Of a DNA stretch of 64,000 nucleotides, positions 57,423-64,000 are shown piece by piece. Under the pieces are notes generated by a model. The model was not told the DNA's origin and did no database searches. It saw only the letters and a program-made list of their open reading frames with translations. The DNA is from a virus (Duplodnaviria; Caudoviricetes), in the IMG/VR virus record IMGVR_UViG_3300032320_001447, positions 64,001-128,000 of that record; one strand, written 5' to 3'. Made by a program: the position numbers and the translations under genes. The first letter of the stretch is position 1, and every line of letters begins with the position of its first letter.

Positions 57423-57926
57423 TTAAATTTCGTAGGCCTCGGCGACCTCTTTTATGGTTGCGATTGCCAATTCGGTAGTACACTCGAAACCTTCTCGCTT
57501 CCGGTTAACGCGTTTACCGAACAGTTCTAGCTTCTCGTGCACTGCTCGCTCAATGGCTTTAGCGTTAACGCACTTGTGTTTGTATACCGAGAACCAAGGA
57601 GTAATAACTCCCGTTGCTGCATTGATCTCACGGGTGCGTTGATCTACTGTAGTAGTTGTCATACCAATCTTGCAAACTCCCGGTGTGCCCTTGTTCACCA
57701 AAACGTAAACCCATTGCGGCTTTCTAACGCTACCAGTTGGATCGAGTATGGCCTCACCAAAGTAAGTCACGTCCTCCCAACCTTCCTCGGTAGGAGTGCA
57801 GGTAAATGCTTTGGCCTTTTGTAAAGCGTACTTGTCGTTCTCTACATCCAAAGGCACGTAGAACCTGGACTGTTCTGAAGTAATGCGTTTCATATTAGTA
57901 GCGTGATTTGTATTTGATTGTTTCAT
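57423..57926 (-). CDS. T5orf172-type GIY-YIG domain protein
   Basis: WVYVLVN...GVCKIGMT...QR..EI..ATGV.TP...E..VH..L...R....REGF; start may be 57893. Confidence 0.8.
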   Translation of the reverse strand: MKQSNTNHATNMKRITSEQSRFYVPLDVENDKYALQKAKAFTCTPTEEGWEDVTYFGEAILDPTGSVRKPQWVYVLVNKGTPGVCKIGMTTTTVDQRTREINAATGVITPWFSVYKHKCVNAKAIERAVHEKLELFGKRVNRKREGFECTTELAIATIKEVAEAYEI

Positions 57927-57989
57927 TGAGTTGCTCTATTGCCCTGTGAATGTCCTGGAGTACTTGTAGCAAGGGTGAACTTTCGTCCG

Positions 57990-58169
57990 TTACTTGATCC
58001 AATCCTCGTAGGCCCAAATGTAGGCCTCCACCTTGTCGTCTGCCGTTTGCTCCTCTAGGTACTGCTTGGCGTCCCGATCCACTTCCCATCTTAGGCCCCA
58101 CGAGTCCGCTTCCACTAGAATCATTTCGATCATTAGTTGGTCCTCCTTGCTGGTTGGTTGGTTGCTCAT
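57990..58169 (-). CDS. Small hypothetical protein (59 aa)
   Basis: Alternative frame to track ORF 57895-58173: MSNQPTSKEDQLMIEMILVEADSWGLRWEVDRDAKQYLEEQTADDKVEAYIWAYEDWIK. Confidence 0.65.
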   Translation of the reverse strand: MSNQPTSKEDQLMIEMILVEADSWGLRWEVDRDAKQYLEEQTADDKVEAYIWAYEDWIK

Positions 58170-58175
58170 GCATGA

Positions 58176-58340
58176 TTAGCTTTGGTTTGAGTTTTCAGAT
58201 AAGTACACATACAGAAACAGTGTGCCGATGGTGAACTCGTTTAGAGAGTGCGTGAACTCTCCACGTAATAGGTTAAACAGGCACAACAAATAGTTTGCTA
58301 CGATTAAAAAGAGCGTGATGTACTTTAAAGCTTTTTTCAT
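58176..58340 (-). CDS. Small two-helix membrane protein (54 aa)
   Basis: MKKALKYITLFLIVANYLLCLFNLLRGEFTHSLNEFTIGTLFLYVYLSENSNQS. Confidence 0.55.
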   Translation of the reverse strand: MKKALKYITLFLIVANYLLCLFNLLRGEFTHSLNEFTIGTLFLYVYLSENSNQS

Positions 58341-58369
58341 AAATTTAGATTTAATTTTTGGGGTAATTA

Positions 58370-58549
58370 CTAAAATTGGGAATTCTCATGGGTCTCGTCC
58401 ATGGTGCGTTCTTTGATTTTCTGCAGCCTGAATTCAATAGCCTTTAGACTCTGCTCGCACTCATGGATACGCCTTAAGGTGTCCTGTCTGGACGATGCCT
58501 TATTCATGGCACTAATGTTGGTCATAAGATCTATTAGCAGGTCTAACAT
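58370..58549 (-). CDS. Small hypothetical protein (59 aa)
   Basis: MLDLLIDLMTNISAMNK...THENSQF; start directly after the upstream stop. Confidence 0.5.
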   Translation of the reverse strand: MLDLLIDLMTNISAMNKASSRQDTLRRIHECEQSLKAIEFRLQKIKERTMDETHENSQF

Positions 58550-58550
58550 A

Positions 58551-58721
58551 TTACTTGGTCTTTTTTACCATGGTTTGGATGTATCTGATACCGTTACTGT
58601 CTGTGTGGATAAGCATTGAAGTGTTTGTGATCACATAGTTGAAAGCCATACGATCGTTCACCTTCTTTTCCAATTCTGAGATTGTGTTTGCTTCTACTAC
58701 CACGAAATTTAATTCTGCCAT
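58551..58721 (-). CDS. Second DUF1737-like small protein (56 aa)
   Basis: MAELNFVVVEANTISELEKKVNDRMAFNYVI...RYIQTMVKKTK, same pattern as 57197-57412. Confidence 0.55.
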   Translation of the reverse strand: MAELNFVVVEANTISELEKKVNDRMAFNYVITNTSMLIHTDSNGIRYIQTMVKKTK

Positions 58722-58722
58722 T

Positions 58723-58962
58723 TTATTTTAATTGTTTGTAAGTTTGTTTATAGTACTCGTCATTAGGATTAGGCTCTTGAACTCCATCCCCGTATCCCTG
58801 AGAATATGCCTCTTCTATTTGCTCTTTTTCTTTTTCAAGTGCTTTATTAGCTTTTACTCTTGCAGCTACTAATCCTTCTGCAAAATCAGTTGAATCATTA
58901 CCTTTTAATCCTTCAATAGCTATATCAAGCCATTCAATTAATTCTTGCATTGCTGTTTTCAT
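58723..58962 (-). CDS. Small hypothetical protein, family common in Bacteroidota phages
   Basis: MKTAMQELIE...A.EKEKEQIEEAY..G...EYYKQTY. Confidence 0.7.
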   Translation of the reverse strand: MKTAMQELIEWLDIAIEGLKGNDSTDFAEGLVAARVKANKALEKEKEQIEEAYSQGYGDGVQEPNPNDEYYKQTYKQLK

Positions 58963-58999
58963 AATGTATATTTGTATTTACTCTTTTAAGTTTACCAAA

Positions 59000-59156
59000 A
59001 CCGGGGAATTCTCGGTGACGGACTAAGGGACCAGGGGCCCCCTAGCAGTTCGCTGCCTCCGATAACCATGACATTGGCGGGACGCTAGTTGGTCGCTAGC
59101 GTTCGAATATTTCCACTAGCGACCGACTTGCAATCCTGTCGGTAAGACGACCGGCC
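59000..59156. other. GC-rich non-coding segment with five tandem hairpins (candidate structured RNA)
   Basis: For example agttggtcgctag (59087-59099) pairs with ctagcgaccgact (59116-59128). Confidence 0.45.
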
Positions 59157-59951
59157 TTATGCTGCCACGAAGCGGTCAGCGATCTGCCATAGGCCTTGAT
59201 TCAGAACCATGTCCTCTATAGGATTGGTGATGGCTCTTGCCGTACGGTTGTTCATCTGATAGCCTCCTTTGATCAGGTTCTCTTGTACTCTATTGAATGT
59301 GTGCCATAGAGTGTTTGCCCTGTCTGCGTCTCGTCTTGGGTTTAGAATCTCCATGATCTCGTACTCCTCGGGCGTTCTGTCAGTTGAGATCCTTAACTTC
59401 AATGCTTCTGTAGCGAATGCTCTTCTCTCTGCCGCTGACATGTCTTTGCCCGCCCATCTTGATATTGTACCTACTGTCTTGTTCATGATGCTCATCTTCT
59501 CTTCTATCTTCTCCTTCAATGAGTCTAAGGTAAACTTGGTGTGTCTCTCTTTGAAGCCACCAAAGTCTTGCGTCTTAAGTACCAAGCCGTTCTCGCATAC
59601 CAATCTGAATAGACCTGCTTCGAACTGTAATGGCTTTGTACCATCGTGTGAGTTAATTACTACTATCTCAGGTCTTGCCTCTACTCCGCCATTCTCGTCT
59701 TTGATGTAGATGTCGGGGTGTTGGAACCTAACGATGTGGATACCGTAGTCCTTACGTAATGCAGACTTGGATTGGGACTGCTGTACCTTTGTCAGTTGCC
59801 ATCCTTGGCCGTTCATCTGATCAATGATACCTGTAGTTGGTGTGAATGTGTATAGCTTCTGATTGATGTAAGAAGCAGGCTCCGTAGCGAAGATTGCTGG
59901 TGCCATTGTCTTTGCGCGTTCTAATGAGATTGTTTCGATTGTTTTTGTCAT
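59157..59951 (-). CDS. DUF932/DUF945-family protein
   Basis: APAIFA, H.VRF, PEIVVINSHDG, AGLFRLVCENGLV, RR.AD....LW.TFNRVQEN.IKGG; start at MTKTI. Confidence 0.88.
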   Translation of the reverse strand: MTKTIETISLERAKTMAPAIFATEPASYINQKLYTFTPTTGIIDQMNGQGWQLTKVQQSQSKSALRKDYGIHIVRFQHPDIYIKDENGGVEARPEIVVINSHDGTKPLQFEAGLFRLVCENGLVLKTQDFGGFKERHTKFTLDSLKEKIEEKMSIMNKTVGTISRWAGKDMSAAERRAFATEALKLRISTDRTPEEYEIMEILNPRRDADRANTLWHTFNRVQENLIKGGYQMNNRTARAITNPIEDMVLNQGLWQIADRFVAA

Positions 59952-59991
59952 AACTTTTATTTTATATTTTGATAGAATTGGATACAAAGAA

Positions 59992-60023
59992 AAGAAGGGA
60001 GAACGTAATTGAACTCCCTTCTT
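59992..60023 (-). terminator. Rho-independent terminator
   Basis: AAGAAGGGAG ... CTCCCTTCTT 10-bp stem with U-rich tail on the minus strand. Confidence 0.75.
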
Positions 60024-60029
60024 AGTAGA

Positions 60030-60278
60030 TTATGCCATTAAGCTAGATAACTTAACTGCATTGCTGATACGACCACGAGTTGTATCGTAGGCTTCGTTCA
60101 CGATCTTCTCGTTGAAGTACTTACCAGCAATCACGTCAGATACGTGGGTTGTAGAGAAACCTGTAGTTTCAGCTACGTTTGTAATGTCGCCGTTGCGTAA
60201 TTTGCGGTTGATACGGCTTACTTTCTGGATATAGCTTAACTTAGTGTAGCTACTTGGTCTGTTTGAGTTTGTGCTCAT
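60030..60278 (-). CDS. Small helix-turn-helix DNA-binding protein
   Basis: GDITNVAETTGFSTTHVSDVIAG; own promoter-like TATATTCG (60298-60305) and terminator. Confidence 0.65.
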   Translation of the reverse strand: MSTNSNRPSSYTKLSYIQKVSRINRKLRNGDITNVAETTGFSTTHVSDVIAGKYFNEKIVNEAYDTTRGRISNAVKLSSLMA

Positions 60279-60331
60279 GTTGATTGTTTTTGATTAACGA
60301 ATATAGGTAAATATAACCAATTCTGGTGATA

Positions 60332-60673
60332 CTATAAAGCTAAAGTTTTAAGTGCCTCTAACTCTTTGGTGTACTCCTTCATCTTGTCGTTGTACATAGA
60401 TAGACCATAGTCACCCTCTTTATAGTCTTGCATCATTGCCCAAAGTTGTTGGTACTTGATCAAACACTCGAGTATCTCCATTCTTGTCTGTCTTGCAGAT
60501 CTGCGCCATTCGTCGGCTGTCATTGCGATTTCGTAATCCATGTCAAATCTCATGTTCATATTGGCGATCTCCAATCTACTACTCAGCAATCCAATGATAC
60601 CTGCCATTGTGTTGCTTCTTCTTGCTAAAAACAGTTCGTGCGACTCATGCGCAGATTCTAATTCTTGATTCAT
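60332..60673 (-). CDS. Hypothetical protein
   Basis: 113 aa, AAAAGTTATATATG start. Confidence 0.6.
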   Translation of the reverse strand: MNQELESAHESHELFLARRSNTMAGIIGLLSSRLEIANMNMRFDMDYEIAMTADEWRRSARQTRMEILECLIKYQQLWAMMQDYKEGDYGLSMYNDKMKEYTKELEALKTLAL

Positions 60674-60698
60674 ATATAACTTTTATTTGATTTAATTT

Positions 60699-60929
60699 TT
60701 ATTCTGCCCAACCACTGAATGGATCTACGTAGTGATTTAATTCATTGGTGTTTAACTTGTATTCGTCCGTTTTAGTTTTTACCAATACTGTCGCTTTATT
60801 AACTTTAGTTATTACGCCGTACTCAGTAGTATCGTAATAACTCATACCTCGTTCATTACTAAATGTAAGGAATTGAACGCGATCGCCTACTTGGAATGTT
60901 ACTACTGGTTGTTTTGTTATCTTTATCAT
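60699..60929 (-). CDS. Small SH3/KOW-like protein
   Basis: FQVGDRVQF...GVITKVNKATVLV; start at MIKITK. Confidence 0.6.
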   Translation of the reverse strand: MIKITKQPVVTFQVGDRVQFLTFSNERGMSYYDTTEYGVITKVNKATVLVKTKTDEYKLNTNELNHYVDPFSGWAE

Positions 60930-60930
60930 A

Positions 60931-61101
60931 TTACTTAGTTTTATTGTGTTCTTCAATCGCATTCAATAAGGTCTGAGCTCTATAAGCTATAGCGTCTATA
61001 TCTGCCTCTTTACGGCCTGATGTCCACGTATCGCTATTAAACAATTCACATAGGGCGATTTCAACTGTCTTTAATTCTGCGGGTGTTAATTCTAATTTCA
61101 T
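60931..61101 (-). CDS. Small hypothetical protein (56 aa)
   Basis: Not in track; MKLELTPAELKTVEIAL...IEEHNKTK with AAAAGTTATATATG start. Confidence 0.6.
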   Translation of the reverse strand: MKLELTPAELKTVEIALCELFNSDTWTSGRKEADIDAIAYRAQTLLNAIEEHNKTK

Positions 61102-61118
61102 ATATAACTTTTATTTAA

Positions 61119-61409
61119 TTACAAACTTGATGCAATGATCTTGCGTGCAGCTTCTTTCGTAAAACCAACCATAACGATGTCAGAGATAAGCTGGCCTACG
61201 TTCTGGAACTTTCCGTTCTTAACGTTGTACTGCGCTGCCAAAGCTTTGATGGTGGTGCCTTCGCGCTTAAACATAGCGAGGAAACTGTTGGCCTGCTTGA
61301 TCTGGTTACGCGTTCTACAAGAGATATTGTGCTTGGTGCCCAAGATATCTGTATAGGTTACTACTGCGTTGAAACTTACGCTGGCATTGGACTGTATCAT
61401 TTTTCTCAT
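61119..61409 (-). CDS. Hypothetical protein, first gene of early-type operon
   Basis: Start taken at MRKMIQ (AGTTATG context) inside the left inverted repeat. Confidence 0.55.
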   Translation of the reverse strand: MRKMIQSNASVSFNAVVTYTDILGTKHNISCRTRNQIKQANSFLAMFKREGTTIKALAAQYNVKNGKFQNVGQLISDIVMVGFTKEAARKIIASSL

Positions 61410-61614
61410 AACTAATTGGTTTTCAATGGGTTGAGCGGTTAATAGGGTGGGCTGCAACCATAGTAAAAGTACTACAAATAGCGATACCAAAAAAATATTT
61501 AGCCTCTTTTTTTAAAACTTCTCGATTGAGAACCAATCAGTTATAACGCGTTGATACCCAAAGTGTTCCACGCAGAAAGAGGGGCCTCCCCATTGGAAAC
61601 CAATCAGTTATGAG
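61405..61614. repeat. 26-bp inverted repeat pair (61405-61430 / 61589-61614) with a third internal copy (61525-61544)
   Basis: ctcataactaattggttttcaatggg vs cccattggaaaccaatcagttatgag, 24/26 complementary. Confidence 0.85.
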
Positions 61615-62024
61615 TATTTAGCCCACCTGCTGTCTAGCTCGGCTTGGCATACACTCATCAATTTATGTAAGGTTGGATTGTCTGGAAACTGAGCCAAACG
61701 TTTATTTAGAACATGGACAGAGAAGTGTATCGATCCGCCCTTTAACCTATTGTCTTGATTAAGCATAGGAATATAATTCATATAGTTGAAACAAAGCATA
61801 AGATCCTCTCTCTTCTCTATATCAAATAGATTCTGAGGCACTACATGATCCAGCTGCCATTCCGTTCCGTAATTCATTCTATTGATTGACTCGTCCCAAA
61901 AATGGCTGTCTATAAAGTCCATGAACTGGATCTTGCCGATTCCTATGATCTCGCTTATGATCTTGCATGGTAAATTGGTAGAGTAGTATCTATTGACTTG
62001 CTGTTGTAGTTGTTTCTTATTCAT
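61608..62024 (-). CDS. HNH-like endonuclease domain protein
   Basis: NYGTEWQLDHVVP...CFNY.N..P....DN..KG; start at MNKKQL behind late motif. Confidence 0.7.
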   Translation of the reverse strand: MNKKQLQQQVNRYYSTNLPCKIISEIIGIGKIQFMDFIDSHFWDESINRMNYGTEWQLDHVVPQNLFDIEKREDLMLCFNYMNYIPMLNQDNRLKGGSIHFSVHVLNKRLAQFPDNPTLHKLMSVCQAELDSRWAKYS

Positions 62025-62182
62025 ATAGTAATAAATATGTGCACTACTGCACAATTAGATTTTTTTCGTATTGTATTGGATCCGGGCGTATATACAAAAA
62101 TATTCCTGGATGGTGGGCACAAATAAGATATTTATAAGTTCCACACCATGGGGCCACCTCACCTCAGGATCTGCTCTCTAGC

Positions 62183-62234
62183 ATTGACACTTTTTAACAC
62201 AAATTGACACTTTTTACCACCCGCTTTTTACCAT
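62183..62234 (+). repeat. Intergenic direct repeats ATTGACACTTTTTA(A/C)CAC x2 plus partial third
   Basis: 62183-62200, 62203-62220, and ctttttacca at 62224-62233. Confidence 0.8.
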
Positions 62235-62263
62235 ACTCTCACGCCATTTCCAGTACACACAAT

Positions 62264-62291
62264 AAAAAACCCCAACGTAGAAACGTTAGGG
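62264..62291 (-). terminator. Rho-independent terminator
   Basis: Minus strand CCCTAACGT-ttct-ACGTTGGGG-TTTTTT. Confidence 0.75.
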
Positions 62292-62315
62292 CTCGGTTTT
62301 ATCCTAAAAAATCTC

Positions 62316-62939
62316 TTATTTAATTCTCCAGTATACTCCGCTGTTAACGTAAGGAGTCCATACTAGGTTCGTGTTGTCCACTCTTTGATTGCTGTATCCT
62401 ATACCTAGGTTGTATACTCTTTTGTCCTTCTTGCTATTCATTAGCACTCCAATTCCAAGATGCGATACCAGATTGGTGTGGTTTAATCCGCCTTCGAAAC
62501 CGTAGTACAGCTTTCTCTTTGCGGGCTCTTTAACTAGTACTGTGTCCTTCTTGATCTCTAATCTCGGTTTGATACTTGCGATAAAGCTTCTAGAGAATAT
62601 CCTGTTCTCTGTAATAGAGTCTAGTACTGATACCGAGCCTTCTGATAGTCTTAATGTGTCTTGGTACCCAACTCTTGAGTAGTACTGCTTTAATATGCTT
62701 GCTGTGTCTACTAGGGCTGGTACTACGACCTCCTTCTCTACTGTGACCTTCTTGTATACGGTCTTGCCCTTCTTGAACACTACCTTTTGGTCTACTACTG
62801 TTACTGTGTCTGTGGTGCTCTTTAAGACTTCGTACGGTTTGTCAATATAGACTTTCTCTTTAGGACCAAACCACTTTAATGCCAACAAAGAGATCAACAC
62901 AACGATCGCAATGTTCTTTACGCTTAATAACTGTTTCAT
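62316..62939 (-). CDS. N-terminally anchored protein with C-terminal amphipathic beta strands (envelope/spanin-like)
   Basis: Hydrophobic N-terminus; C-terminal YYGFEGG...LGIGV...YNLGIGY...YVNSGVYWRIK. Confidence 0.55.
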   Translation of the reverse strand: MKQLLSVKNIAIVVLISLLALKWFGPKEKVYIDKPYEVLKSTTDTVTVVDQKVVFKKGKTVYKKVTVEKEVVVPALVDTASILKQYYSRVGYQDTLRLSEGSVSVLDSITENRIFSRSFIASIKPRLEIKKDTVLVKEPAKRKLYYGFEGGLNHTNLVSHLGIGVLMNSKKDKRVYNLGIGYSNQRVDNTNLVWTPYVNSGVYWRIK

Positions 62940-62976
62940 TTTATTTTGTTTTTATATATAATTTTGATTCTGGCTT

Positions 62977-63189
62977 TTATAGCTTCTCGATCTCTTGTCT
63001 TACTTCTAACCAATAACTTTCTACTGTTCCACTCCAATCAAGCCATTCTGGTTCTGGTTCCGACAGTCTTGCCTTTAATATCTCATCTACTGCTATTAAT
63101 GCACAGGCTTTGGCTCTCTCTTTTGAGTTAGTGTTTGTGTGTTGGTAAAACTTATCTACCAAATCTACGGCTTTCTCTTGTGGTGTCAT
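62977..63189 (-). CDS. Small hypothetical protein, family common in Bacteroidota phages
   Basis: MTPQEKA.DLVDKF...AK.CALIAVDEIL...YW.EV.QEIEKL. Confidence 0.75.
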   Translation of the reverse strand: MTPQEKAVDLVDKFYQHTNTNSKERAKACALIAVDEILKARLSEPEPEWLDWSGTVESYWLEVRQEIEKL

Positions 63190-63204
63190 ACGCTTTCTCT
63201 TTAC

Positions 63205-63489
63205 TTAAATCCAATGTGTATTCGTGGGCTTAACTAGTCTACTTATCTCCTCTTGTACCTTTACTGCTATTGCCAATTCTAATGCCTTCTGCTTAAAGTC
63301 TGTAGTGAAATAGAACCTTGGCCAATTCGACTTCATCTTGATTTGGTGTAGCTCGAAGCCTGGAATTAGAGTCATGTCTTGCATTACTCTATCCATGTAC
63401 TCGGTCACCTTTGGCTCGTCGAACTCTAGTCCGTCCCATAAGCTCGGTATCCACTGCTTGTACTTGAGGTTGAATTCTTTCTGTGTCAT
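63205..63489 (-). CDS. Hypothetical protein
   Basis: Start at MTQKEFN; QIKMK...RFY motif. Confidence 0.6.
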   Translation of the reverse strand: MTQKEFNLKYKQWIPSLWDGLEFDEPKVTEYMDRVMQDMTLIPGFELHQIKMKSNWPRFYFTTDFKQKALELAIAVKVQEEISRLVKPTNTHWI

Positions 63490-63490
63490 A

Positions 63491-63763
63491 CTAGATCTCT
63501 GCGTTGTACGATTTAAAATTATCGTGATGCGCTGAGTAACCACGGATTCTGCCAAACAATGGCGTCCACTCTTTTGTTACTACTTCCTTCTCCATCTCGA
63601 TCTTGTTGATCGTGTAGTCGCTTTCACTTAGCACTTTCGCTACGTAGGCAGACACGTCCTTAATGTTCTCGTACTCTCTTTCAATACCGTTCTTGAATGT
63701 GATCTTGATCTTACTTCCACCCTCGATCAATGACAATGGGTTCATTTCGTACCGGTTTCTCAT
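63491..63763 (-). CDS. Hypothetical protein
   Basis: 90 aa, AAAGTTATG start. Confidence 0.6.
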   Translation of the reverse strand: MRNRYEMNPLSLIEGGSKIKITFKNGIEREYENIKDVSAYVAKVLSESDYTINKIEMEKEVVTKEWTPLFGRIRGYSAHHDNFKSYNAEI

Positions 63764-63785
63764 AACTTTAGTTGTTGTTTGTTAT

Positions 63786-63793
63786 CAAATATA
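63786..63793 (-). promoter_or_regulatory. Bacteroidota-type -7 promoter element TATATTTG
   Basis: TAnnTTTG match 22 nt upstream of ATG at 63763. Confidence 0.6.
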
Positions 63794-63795
63794 CT

Positions 63796-64000
63796 CTATT
63801 TCTTCCTCTTTGCGAAATCTAAGTCTTTAGTGCTCTGTCTCTCTATCATATCGTAGTAGTAGGAGTCGGTGTCCTCCGATACCCACCTGTCCGATTGGTT
63901 CTCTACCGAAACCAAATCCGTGTCGACCTTGAACTGCTTCAAGTCTTGAGGTAACGGCTTTGTCACCCAATTCGAGTCCTTCCAAAACAGTCTGTTGTTC
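63796..64000 (-). CDS. C-terminal part of hypothetical protein (enters from beyond window)
   Basis: NNRLFWKDSNWVTKPLPQDLKQFKVD...FAKRKK* open frame. Confidence 0.6.
   Translation of the reverse strand, partial: NNRLFWKDSNWVTKPLPQDLKQFKVDTDLVSVENQSDRWVSEDTDSYYYDMIERQSTKDLDFAKRKK

Noticed and set aside
57895-58173. Track ORF MHEQPTNQQGG...
   Set aside because: The overlapping frame 57990-58169 gives a more protein-like sequence; this one looks like an off-frame read
59000-59156. tRNA or hammerhead ribozyme
   Set aside because: No cloverleaf could be built around the GTTCGAA at 59101 and no CUGAnGA/GAAA core was found; kept only as an unclassified structured element
1-64000. Stop-codon reassignment as seen in some Bacteroidota jumbo phages
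   Set aside because: Core genes are full length in code 11, and TAA, TAG and TGA all end genes cleanly

Overview
This window is part of a large, AT-rich, T4-like (myovirus-type, probably jumbo) phage genome read in the standard genetic code. The host is most likely Bacteroidota: genes have SD-less AAAGTTATG-type starts, there are TAnnTTTG promoters, and several small proteins match families typical of Bacteroidota phages. Layout: (1) 1-24 kb, minus strand: partial PhoH, major capsid, scaffold, prohead protease, portal, large terminase, a spanin-like protein, a GH19 endolysin, a run of putative internal head proteins, a fused Mre11-Rad50 nuclease and primase. (2) 24-51.6 kb, plus strand: glutaredoxin, HD hydrolase, gp55-like late sigma factor and baseplate/tail genes. 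(3) 51.6-64 kb, minus strand: DNA modification/repair genes and small early-type genes. The best candidate for an undescribed system is a ~10 kb island (40.7-50.8 kb) that appears to split a conserved tail/baseplate gene. It encodes mucin-like Thr-Pro-Ser virion proteins directly followed by two GT60-like polypeptide HexNAc transferases, further glycosyltransferases and methyltransferases, suggesting phage-encoded mucin-type O-glycosylation of the virion. A [ST]-x-S motif is also visibly enriched across structural proteins. Other notable signals: an 18-aa capsid N-arm peptide copied into a second head protein with only synonymous changes; a recurrent late-promoter motif ATATTTAT in the sense direction; and a 26-bp inverted-repeat pair bracketing the upstream region of an early operon. 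All family assignments come from recognising motifs by eye; no database search was run.
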